From Candidatus Thorarchaeota archaeon (GTDB lineage Archaea; Asgardarchaeota; Thorarchaeia; Thorarchaeales; Thorarchaeaceae), in NCBI GenBank assembly GCA_048882385.1, contig JBHLRQ010000060.1, positions 1 to 18,930 on the forward strand: 18,930 nucleotides of DNA, given 5' to 3'. Made by a program: the position numbers and the translations under genes. The notes below the pieces were generated by a model that was not told the DNA's origin, did no database searches, and saw only the letters and a list, made by a program, of their open reading frames with translations. This document shows positions 8,343-15,352 of the stretch, in pieces (the first letter of the stretch is position 1; each line of letters begins with the position of its first letter).

Positions 8343-9212
8343 TTGGCAGTACTTGTAGACAAAGATACACGAGTGATAGTTCAAGGAATCACTGGCACAC
8401 AGGGAAAATATCACACGATATCCATGCTGAAATATGGTACAAAGATAGTTGCTGGGACATCACCTGGAAAATCAGGAGAAGAGGTCAATGGTGTGCCTGT
8501 TTATGATAGCGTTTCTGAAGCAAAAAAGACAGAAAACGCTACTGCATCAATAATCTTTGTTCCGGCACCTTTTGCAGGTGATGCTGCACTTGAAGCGATA
8601 GCCGCAGACTTGAATCCTGTTGTGATAATTACTGAACATGTTCCTGTAAAAGATGAAATTCGTGTAATTCATGCTGCAAAGCAAAAGGGGATTACCATTA
8701 TTGGCCCAAACACACCTGGAATCATTACGCCTGATGCAAAACAGAAAGTTGGGATAATGCCTGGACATGTATTTTCAGATGGTGATGTGGGTCTCATGTC
8801 GCGAAGTGGGACTCTAACATATGAGATTGCTGCAGGTATGACAAATGCAGGCATTGGAATCTCCACTGCAATTGGTCTTGGTGGAGACCCCTGTGTGGGT
8901 CTTACTACAATCGAGGCAGTCAAGCTTTTCAAAGAAGACAGGGATACTAAGGCGCTAGTCTTGGTTGGTGAAATTGGTGGCGATGCAGAAGAGAGAGCTG
9001 CAGCCTACATCAAAAAGGAGTACGATCTTCCAGTTGTTGGGTTCATAGCAGGCAGAACTGCACCTCCGGGAAAACGAATGGGTCATGCTGGCGCGATAAT
9101 CAGTGGCAGCTCCGGAACTGCAGCAGCAAAAATCAAAGCTCTGAATGAAGCCGGTATTGCAGTCGCAGACAAGCCAAGTGATGTTGCTAGACTCCTAAAA
9201 GAAGCTATTTGA
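8343..9212 (+). CDS. sucD: Succinyl-CoA synthetase alpha subunit
   Basis: VQGITG, IGPNTPG, SRSGTLTYE, GEIGG and RMGHAGA (phospho-His). TTG start follows GGAGG at 8330-8334. Confidence 0.96.
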   Translation: MAVLVDKDTRVIVQGITGTQGKYHTISMLKYGTKIVAGTSPGKSGEEVNGVPVYDSVSEAKKTENATASIIFVPAPFAGDAALEAIAADLNPVVIITEHVPVKDEIRVIHAAKQKGITIIGPNTPGIITPDAKQKVGIMPGHVFSDGDVGLMSRSGTLTYEIAAGMTNAGIGISTAIGLGGDPCVGLTTIEAVKLFKEDRDTKALVLVGEIGGDAEERAAAYIKKEYDLPVVGFIAGRTAPPGKRMGHAGAIISGSSGTAAAKIKALNEAGIAVADKPSDVARLLKEAI

Positions 9213-9232
9213 TTTGTGGAAAGAGCACAAGC

Positions 9233-9240
9233 TTTTAAAA
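9233..9240 (+). promoter_or_regulatory. Candidate TATA box for the rpl40e-tRNA-rpl38e unit
   Basis: TTTTAAAA about 76 nt upstream of the rpl40e ATG. Confidence 0.5.
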
Positions 9241-9315
9241 CACATCCCGGTTGGGAAGCCGAGCGGGCTAACTAGAGACTACTCTATTCGCCGTACATGA
9301 AATGAGGTTCAAGTG

Positions 9316-9474
9316 ATGCCAGTAGCTGACATCGAAAAACGTAGACTAGCACAGCACTACCTGCTGTATAAGTCCATATGCCGATACTGTGGAGCATCGA
9401 ATCCACTTAAGGCAAAGAAGTGCAGAAAGTGCAAGAACAAGGACCTCAGACCAAAGAGGCGTCAGAAGAAGTAA
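9316..9474 (+). CDS. rpl40e: Ribosomal protein eL40 (L40e), stand-alone; absent from the ORF track
   Basis: Manual translation: MPVADIEKRRLAQHYLLYKSICRYCGASNPLKAKKCRKCKNKDLRPKRRQKK (52 aa). It carries the ICxxCxAxN...CRKC...LRPK signature, and GAGGT lies upstream. Confidence 0.95.
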   Translation: MPVADIEKRRLAQHYLLYKSICRYCGASNPLKAKKCRKCKNKDLRPKRRQKK

Positions 9475-9500
9475 TCCTCTGGTTTAAAGGCCCTAGTTAC

Positions 9501-9623
9501 GGGCCGGTGGTCTAGCCCGGTTATGACGTCGCCTTCACAAATAGAGGCCAATTGACCATATTGGGAACTGACCTCTGTGGGAAGCGGCGAATATCACGAG
9601 TTCGAATCTCGTCCGGCCCACCA
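9501..9623 (+). tRNA. tRNA-Val(CAC) with a ~45-nt intron at 37/38 (9540-9584) and encoded CCA
   Basis: Acceptor stem GGGCCGG/CCGGCCC, D-arm GTCT...TGAC, anticodon stem TCGCC/GGCGA, spliced loop TT-CAC-A^C, T-arm ACGAG-TTCGAAT-CTCGT, discriminator A9620, CCA 9621-9623. The intron helix ATAGAGG/CCTCTGT forms a relaxed bulge-helix-bulge. Confidence 0.92.
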
Positions 9624-9653
9624 CCAAAACACAACAACAGAATGGTGCTAAAA

Positions 9654-9869
9654 ATGCCAAAACAGATCTATGATGTCGACAAATTCCTCGAGATGTCAGA
9701 GGATGCAGAAGAGTGCAGGGTCAAGAGAGGCAGTAATCAGGTCAAGCTGAAACTCCGAACAAAAACATACCTCTACACCATTGTTGTTGAACCGCAGAAA
9801 GCTGAAGAGATCATCCAGCAAGTCAAATGCCAAGTAGTAGAGGCCCGAAGTGGCGAAAAAGCGGCTTAA
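9654..9869 (+). CDS. rpl38e: Ribosomal protein eL38 (L38e)
   Basis: MPKQIYDVDKFL...VKLKLRTKTYLYTIVVE..KAE matches the eL38 pattern (MP..I.....FL...KFKVR..RYLYTL....KAE). The upstream part of the track ORF (9552-9653) overlaps the tRNA, so the start is ATG 9654 after GGTG. Confidence 0.9.
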   Translation: MPKQIYDVDKFLEMSEDAEECRVKRGSNQVKLKLRTKTYLYTIVVEPQKAEEIIQQVKCQVVEARSGEKAA

Positions 9870-11131
9870 ATCTTAACTTTATCGTTGATCTCTGGAACAT
9901 GCGCTACAAGTTTTCGTTTTTCTAGTTTCTCAGCTAAGGCGTCGCAAGATTCTGATTCTCCATGAATCACATAGAATTCGGGGTCTCCTGGAATTCTTGT
10001 GAGCATATCCAACATGGCTTTGGAATCGGAGTGTGAGGATAAGTGATGCTGACGGATATCTGCAGTCACCTCAAAGATCCTACCACCAACTGTGACTTTC
10101 TTAGTGGCAAGCATCTCGGCACCAGGTGTACCTGGAATTTGGTAACTAACAAGAACAATCGAATTCTTTGGATTATCATGCAGCATTTTGAAATAAAGAT
10201 GTGATGCCCCGCCCTTCAACATTCCTGCTGGAGAGATTATAATTCCACCCTTTTGAACTGCCTTAGTTCGGTCACGATTATCATTAATGACATGAGTTCG
10301 ACCAACAGCTCGTTGAAACGATTGAGGACTCTGAAGGTATTCTGGATGTTTCACAAGAACTTCATTGACAGCACGTGCCATCCCATCAATGTAAATTGGA
10401 TACTTACGTGGAAGTTCATGACGTTCCAGAATGCACATGATTTCTTGACTTCGACCCACAGCAAATGCTGGAATCAAAACAGTTCCACCACGTTCTAATG
10501 TTTCTATTATAGTGTCAATTAGGGCTATCTCAATATCTTCTCTTTTTGGGTTTACTCGACGAGCATACGTACTCTCAGTCACCACAACATCATGCTTTGG
10601 CAAGTTCTTTCTTGCACCAGGGTTCAACTGAGACTCGGTTGCATTGAAATCTCCAGTAAATAGAATTCGCTTTCCATTTACCCTGACTGAAACCATAGCA
10701 CTTCCTGGAATATGACCAGCATTGAACAAAGTCATCTCAAAGTGGTGACCTAGAGGAATTGTTTCCTCATAGGCAGTTGCTTGACTTTGTCTTCGGACCA
10801 ATGCAATATCCTTGCGGGTATAGGGTAGAGGACCTCTGGAGATGTTGAACATATCACGAAGCAACAGGATGCTTAAATCACGAGTAGCTGGAGTGCAGAA
10901 TAATGAAGCTTCACTCTTTGAAAGTATACCTGGAATACCACCCGAATGGTCAAGATGTGAATGGGTCAACCCTATACCTTGGAGTGTATCGGTCGGGACC
11001 ATATCAGGAAAAGAGGGAGGTTCAGTGAATTTCACTCCATAGTCCACTAATACACTCTCATCCTTTTGCTCTACCAAAAAGCCTGAACGACCAATCTCTC
11101 TACATGATCCAAGAAATGTGAGCTCTGCCAT
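9866..11131 (-). CDS. MBL-fold beta-CASP ribonuclease without KH domains (aCPSF2-like)
   Basis: FLGSCREIGRS, VDYG, THSHLDHSG, AGHIPGS, FTGDF, ESTY, PAFAVGRSQE, SSHSD and IHGE. Start set at ATG 11131 (MAELTFLG). Confidence 0.9.
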   Translation of the reverse strand: MAELTFLGSCREIGRSGFLVEQKDESVLVDYGVKFTEPPSFPDMVPTDTLQGIGLTHSHLDHSGGIPGILSKSEASLFCTPATRDLSILLLRDMFNISRGPLPYTRKDIALVRRQSQATAYEETIPLGHHFEMTLFNAGHIPGSAMVSVRVNGKRILFTGDFNATESQLNPGARKNLPKHDVVVTESTYARRVNPKREDIEIALIDTIIETLERGGTVLIPAFAVGRSQEIMCILERHELPRKYPIYIDGMARAVNEVLVKHPEYLQSPQSFQRAVGRTHVINDNRDRTKAVQKGGIIISPAGMLKGGASHLYFKMLHDNPKNSIVLVSYQIPGTPGAEMLATKKVTVGGRIFEVTADIRQHHLSSHSDSKAMLDMLTRIPGDPEFYVIHGESESCDALAEKLEKRKLVAHVPEINDKVKI

Positions 11132-11321
11132 TAATTTTTCTTCCTGAGCTGAGCCAATGAAAATCAAAGAAAAAGGTTTGGCAAAGCGCCATATCGTAGC
11201 TTAGTTGCCTCAAAGGAAAATTCTGCCATTATTTTTCTTTATTGAGAGAAACGAAATCTATATCAGACTGAGACCTATTCTGGTCTGTGATTGGCAACAG
11301 TAGTAGGCGGAGAGACTTCGG

Positions 11322-11654
11322 TTGACGGAGGAAAATACCGACGGAAAGTCGAGCAATAAGAAGACAGACCCTGAAGATTTGCAGGAAGATATGGATTGCA
11401 TTCTTGTGGGCAATAAGAATGTGATGTCATATGTGTTAGCCTGTGTGACCTTGTTTAACAAGGGTGCAGACGAAGTGATCATTAAGGCACGTGGCAGGTT
11501 AATCAGCAGAGCTGTAGATGTTGCAGAGATTACGCGTCACAGGTTCATTTCCGACCTCAAAGTGAAAAGCATAGAAATCGGAACTACCACTGTCCAAACG
11601 GACAAAGGTAGTGACTTGAATGTATCAACGATTGACATAACACTGTCCAGATAG
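11322..11654 (+). CDS. albA: DNA/RNA-binding protein Alba
   Basis: [33 protein letters not shown] and NVSTIDITL. Alternative start at ATG 11391. Confidence 0.95.
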   Translation: MTEENTDGKSSNKKTDPEDLQEDMDCILVGNKNVMSYVLACVTLFNKGADEVIIKARGRLISRAVDVAEITRHRFISDLKVKSIEIGTTTVQTDKGSDLNVSTIDITLSR

Positions 11655-11669
11655 ACGTATTCTCTGCTG

Positions 11670-11719
11670 TTCCTCGCCCGAAGCGCTGTCCTAACTGAGC
11701 CTTCGAAACTGGCGAGGAA
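11670..11719 (+). promoter_or_regulatory. Stable intergenic RNA hairpin covering the ribosome-binding site of the downstream gene
   Basis: TTCCTCGCC/GGCGAGGAA (9 bp), CGAAG/CTTCG (5 bp) and GCT/AGC (3 bp). GAGGA in the 3' arm lies 7 nt before ATG 11726. Confidence 0.6.
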
Positions 11720-11725
11720 AAATAG

Positions 11726-12310
11726 ATGCGACTACCTGTCTGTAACTTTGATCTGGAATCGGATATGCTTTGTACAAATTGTCAGGCAAGACTTGACAGA
11801 GGGGAGCTTAAACATTTTGACATTGAATTCAGCAAATGGATGCTTGAGAGAGAAAAATCCTATCCAAGCTTGGTGGACCTGACTCTACAGAGAGCTGCTA
11901 AAGTTGGAGACAGGCTCATTCTCGTGGTGAAGAAGAAGGGTAAGAGTCTCATTCTAAGTGAGGAGTCTCTAGTCAATGAGATGACTGAACAGTATGGGGA
12001 ACCAATGATAGTTGAAGGTCCAATAAAACTTCGAAAGGTTGTACGAGAATTCATACAACCTGCAAATGAGGTGGGAGTAAATAGTCTATATCTTCCTGAT
12101 GGCTCCAAGGAGAGTATCGTAATGCTTCGTGGAGAGGATCGGGAAAGAATATCTTATACAACAGATGAACTTCGACTCATTGTTTCTGCAGTAATGGGTG
12201 AGTCGGTTCTTTTCGAATATCAAGAGGACAGGATAAAGACTGAGAAAGAAGACGCAAAAACAGATGAATTTGATCAACGGATGGAAGAATTGGGCAAGAG
12301 AAGGTTTTAG
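11726..12310 (+). CDS. NusA2-like protein (N-terminal Zn finger plus degenerate KH domains)
   Basis: The N-terminus MRLPVCNFD...LCTNC..RL..GE...FDI resembles archaeal NusA-like KH proteins. P....GVN.LYLPDG matches the second KH-like domain, and the gene is adjacent to alba. Confidence 0.72.
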   Translation: MRLPVCNFDLESDMLCTNCQARLDRGELKHFDIEFSKWMLEREKSYPSLVDLTLQRAAKVGDRLILVVKKKGKSLILSEESLVNEMTEQYGEPMIVEGPIKLRKVVREFIQPANEVGVNSLYLPDGSKESIVMLRGEDRERISYTTDELRLIVSAVMGESVLFEYQEDRIKTEKEDAKTDEFDQRMEELGKRRF

Positions 12311-13647
12311 ACACGATTGATTGGGTGGTTTTTCATTATCTCACGCATCACGACTGTTGCGTATGAACCTTTCCTGAGACTAAACTTCACAAGCACTCCA
12401 TCTTCAGAAATGGATGATTCGATATCAGTCATGAGAATGGATGTCAGATGTAATCCACCGGGAGCATCTAATGCCTTCATCTTGGGATTCCTGAAATCTT
12501 GTAGTTGAGTTCCTTCATCGTTTAGAATCTGCTTTAAGATGCCTGTTTGTGAAGAAGGAGGTAATCTAGTAGCGTATCCTGGTATTGTAGATGCAAGTCC
12601 ATACTCACCAGACACCACCTGTTGTTCTCGTTCTTCAATAGTTGAATCAGTGACAAAAAGCCACGAGTCCCTCCCTGAGTGTGTTTCATCGAGCTTGATG
12701 AGAAAATCACCAACTTGAGGTCGGTTGATGGACATCCCCAATCTTGCGCGTTCACTAATCAAACGATTGAAGATATAGGACTGGAACGCATGAACCTGTA
12801 GAGTGAGCATCTTAGGAGGTATCTTCAGGATGGCCTTCTCGAACTCACCAGGGTGATTCAATAGGTATTTCATTACATCCTTTTCATAGTTGAGGTCTTG
12901 AGGGAACAAGTCGATAACATCCTCTGTTGGTATCAAGTCTTCTTCCAGTCGTATTCTCATGTCAGTAAGTTCATCGGACTCATATTCACTAGTGGTTGTT
13001 AACATAATTCGAACTGCGCTCTCGAAATCTCGCTGAACTAGAGCTTTACCGACAAGATGTGTATATGGTCGAGTCAGACCAAATCGCTGGATTCCAAAAT
13101 AGTTCAGAAGAGGTGTATTTTGGATTTCCATTATGACATCTAATGCAGAGTCACCTTCAGTGTCAATGTTTCGCAAAAGTATTGTGAATCGGTTACCCCA
13201 TAGGTCACCAATCTGTATTGGTTTGCGTGTGTAGCGAATATCTCGAATTGCTATTCGAGATAATTGGAGAGAGGGAAGTATTTCATCAGCACGAGATGGG
13301 ACACTCATGGTTTGAACTGTAATTGCTCTTTTATCCTTGAGACCAGCGTATGTCACATAATTCCGTGAAATTTTGAGTGATGCAGCCAGAATGTTAGATA
13401 TGTCCATCGTTGCAAGACCCATCTTTTGAACTGTGAAAGTCAAAAATCTTGAACGCTCTCCATCGATATTCTGAGGTGATCTTGCAGTAGTTTCCCAATT
13501 TTCGATGGAGAGAACTTGTTTTTCAGGTGTGATCTCTTGGACTATAAAGTCTTCAAAGCGGATCTTTAATTTCCCGCCAATTCCTTCTGATTTGGTAGAA
13601 TAAAGCTCCATCCCCAGTGATTTTTCAAGAGGATGTACTTCTTTCAT
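12307..13647 (-). CDS. truD: tRNA pseudouridine(13) synthase TruD
   Basis: EDFIVQE, YAGLKDKRAITVQ (catalytic Asp), GDLWGNRFTI, NYFGIQRFG, HAFQSYIFN and FSLRKGSYAT. Confidence 0.96.
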   Translation of the reverse strand: MKEVHPLEKSLGMELYSTKSEGIGGKLKIRFEDFIVQEITPEKQVLSIENWETTARSPQNIDGERSRFLTFTVQKMGLATMDISNILAASLKISRNYVTYAGLKDKRAITVQTMSVPSRADEILPSLQLSRIAIRDIRYTRKPIQIGDLWGNRFTILLRNIDTEGDSALDVIMEIQNTPLLNYFGIQRFGLTRPYTHLVGKALVQRDFESAVRIMLTTTSEYESDELTDMRIRLEEDLIPTEDVIDLFPQDLNYEKDVMKYLLNHPGEFEKAILKIPPKMLTLQVHAFQSYIFNRLISERARLGMSINRPQVGDFLIKLDETHSGRDSWLFVTDSTIEEREQQVVSGEYGLASTIPGYATRLPPSSQTGILKQILNDEGTQLQDFRNPKMKALDAPGGLHLTSILMTDIESSISEDGVLVKFSLRKGSYATVVMREIMKNHPINRV

Positions 13648-13656
13648 TTCTGTACC

Positions 13657-14025
13657 TCAGAGTAGCTTTAGTTCACCAGTCACTTCATCAATGATCTCTG
13701 TCTTTGCAGGACCAATGCCTAGAACAGTGATTGTTCCTGGAGGGAGTTCAGTCATACCTGCATCTCTAATTAGAGCATGAGGAAGGGTGTGGCTTACTGC
13801 TTGACGACGTAGCTCAAGTAGCTCCTCTTCAGATGCCACCTTGACTGCCACTTTCTTCTGTCCTTCACGTAGCCAAGCTCTCCAAACATCCTGATTATGC
13901 ACTCTTGCTTGCTCAGCTGCAGAAACAGACCCATGAGCAACTTGAACGGCAATCTTTCCTCTGCTCATATCAAGATCAGTCCGCACGGCAATAACCTGTT
14001 TGTATGTGAATATTCGGGATATCAA
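13657..14025 (-). CDS. pth2: Peptidyl-tRNA hydrolase Pth2
   Basis: YKQVIAVRTDLDMSRGKIAVQVAH, GQKKV, DAGMTEL, TVLGIGP and VTGELKLL. TTG start follows GAGGT. Confidence 0.96.
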   Translation of the reverse strand: MISRIFTYKQVIAVRTDLDMSRGKIAVQVAHGSVSAAEQARVHNQDVWRAWLREGQKKVAVKVASEEELLELRRQAVSHTLPHALIRDAGMTELPPGTITVLGIGPAKTEIIDEVTGELKLL

Positions 14026-14114
14026 ATGACAACCTCTCAGTGACTTGAACTTGTAGGTTCATCTTAGGGGAGAGTTAAAAACGTGCCCAAAGAACAGATA
14101 GTCTGGGTGTTTTA

Positions 14115-15308
14115 TTGAATCAAGAGGCTATCATTGTGGGTGGTGGTCCTGCAGGACTGCTTGCAGCTTCAAAGATAGCTGAGAATAATCATGATGTACT
14201 TTTATTGGAGGAACATCCAGAGATAGGAAAACCAGATCACTGTGCAGGTTTACTCAGTTCTTCTGGTCTAAAGTCACTGGGACTCAGAATCCCAGATGAT
14301 GTTATTCAAAATACAGTTTCAGGGGCTCGAATATACGCACCATCAGGTCATTCAATTCTAGTTGAGAGAGGTCAGCGTGAAGCATTTGTCATTGATAGAC
14401 AACGATTCGATTCTTGGTTAGCAGATGACGCCTTAAAAAAAGGCGTGGATATCATGACAAGTCGTAAGGTTTCTGGGATTGGTAGTTATGTGAATGGGAC
14501 ACGATCAATTCAAACTGACAGTCTAGAATACAATGCTTCGATTACTGTAATTGCTGAAGGTTCACGTTCAGTCCTCACAAAGATGATCGGATTATCCACG
14601 ATATCGAGGAGTAGCAAATTTCCAGCCTATCAGTACGAGGTAAAGGGGGTTGAAATAGAAGACGACCTAGTCGAGATGTTTTATGGGAGAAGAGTTGCTC
14701 CAGGCTTCTTCTCATGGATTATTCCCCTTGGAGAGGGAAGAGCACGAGTAGGATTAGCATCAAAGAACAAATCCAAGATAAGACTTGATGCAGCGATGAT
14801 GCATCATCCAGTAATCAGTAAAAAACTCAGGAATGTAAAGATAGAACGAGGAATGGGAGGAACAGTTCTAGTAGGTCGTCCAGTTTCAAAAATCTCAGGG
14901 GATGGAGCGGTCTCAGTTGGGGATGCTGCTGGAATGGTGAAAGCAACCACAGGAGGCGGTGTTATTATTGGTGGACTTACTGCTTTGGAGGCTGGAAAAA
15001 CAGCTAACGAAGCTCTTCAACGTGGAGATTCATCACGGAAATTACTATCCAGATATGACAAGAGTTGCAAGGCTCTGTATTATAGAGAGCTAGAAACCAT
15101 GTATCTGGCTCAAAGAGCACTCTCCTCACTCACTGACAAAGGGCTTGATTCAGTCATTAAAGATGCACATGAATTAGGATTACTAAGTATCGTGAAAAAA
15201 GAGGGTGATATGGACATGCAAGGGAGAGTGATTCGAAAGCTCATTTCAGACCCGCGTATGATGTTAGTGGGTCTGAAGGCTGTGAGATACATCAATCCAT
15301 TCCTTTAG
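14115..15308 (+). CDS. Geranylgeranyl reductase-family FAD-dependent oxidoreductase
   Basis: IVGGGPAG, PDHCAG, IDRQRFD, PGFFSWIIP and VGDAAG..KATTGGG. Confidence 0.88.
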   Translation: MNQEAIIVGGGPAGLLAASKIAENNHDVLLLEEHPEIGKPDHCAGLLSSSGLKSLGLRIPDDVIQNTVSGARIYAPSGHSILVERGQREAFVIDRQRFDSWLADDALKKGVDIMTSRKVSGIGSYVNGTRSIQTDSLEYNASITVIAEGSRSVLTKMIGLSTISRSSKFPAYQYEVKGVEIEDDLVEMFYGRRVAPGFFSWIIPLGEGRARVGLASKNKSKIRLDAAMMHHPVISKKLRNVKIERGMGGTVLVGRPVSKISGDGAVSVGDAAGMVKATTGGGVIIGGLTALEAGKTANEALQRGDSSRKLLSRYDKSCKALYYRELETMYLAQRALSSLTDKGLDSVIKDAHELGLLSIVKKEGDMDMQGRVIRKLISDPRMMLVGLKAVRYINPFL

Positions 15309-15352
15309 CTTTATGAGCCAAGATAATCACGAATTTGAGGAGGAAATGACAA

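Noticed and set aside
9483-9488. TTTAAA as the tRNA promoter
   Set aside because: It is only 12 nt from the mature 5' end, too close for the usual ~25-nt TATA-to-start spacing.
9540-9584. tRNA intron as a C/D-box guide RNA (CTGA at 9568-9571)
   Set aside because: No RUGAUGA box C is present, and the intron is too short for two guide regions.
9528-9588. Alternative tRNA register with stem GTCGC/GCGGC and a UCA (Sec/opal) anticodon
   Set aside because: It removes position 26, gives no acceptable splice motif and lacks the long variable arm of tRNA-Sec. The body matches archaeal tRNA-Val.
9552-9653. N-terminal extension of the eL38 ORF
   Set aside because: It overlaps the tRNA gene, and eL38 similarity begins at ATG 9654.
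11670-11719. Hairpin as a SECIS element
   Set aside because: No neighbouring gene has an in-frame TGA at a Cys-like position, and there is no AUGA/GA core.
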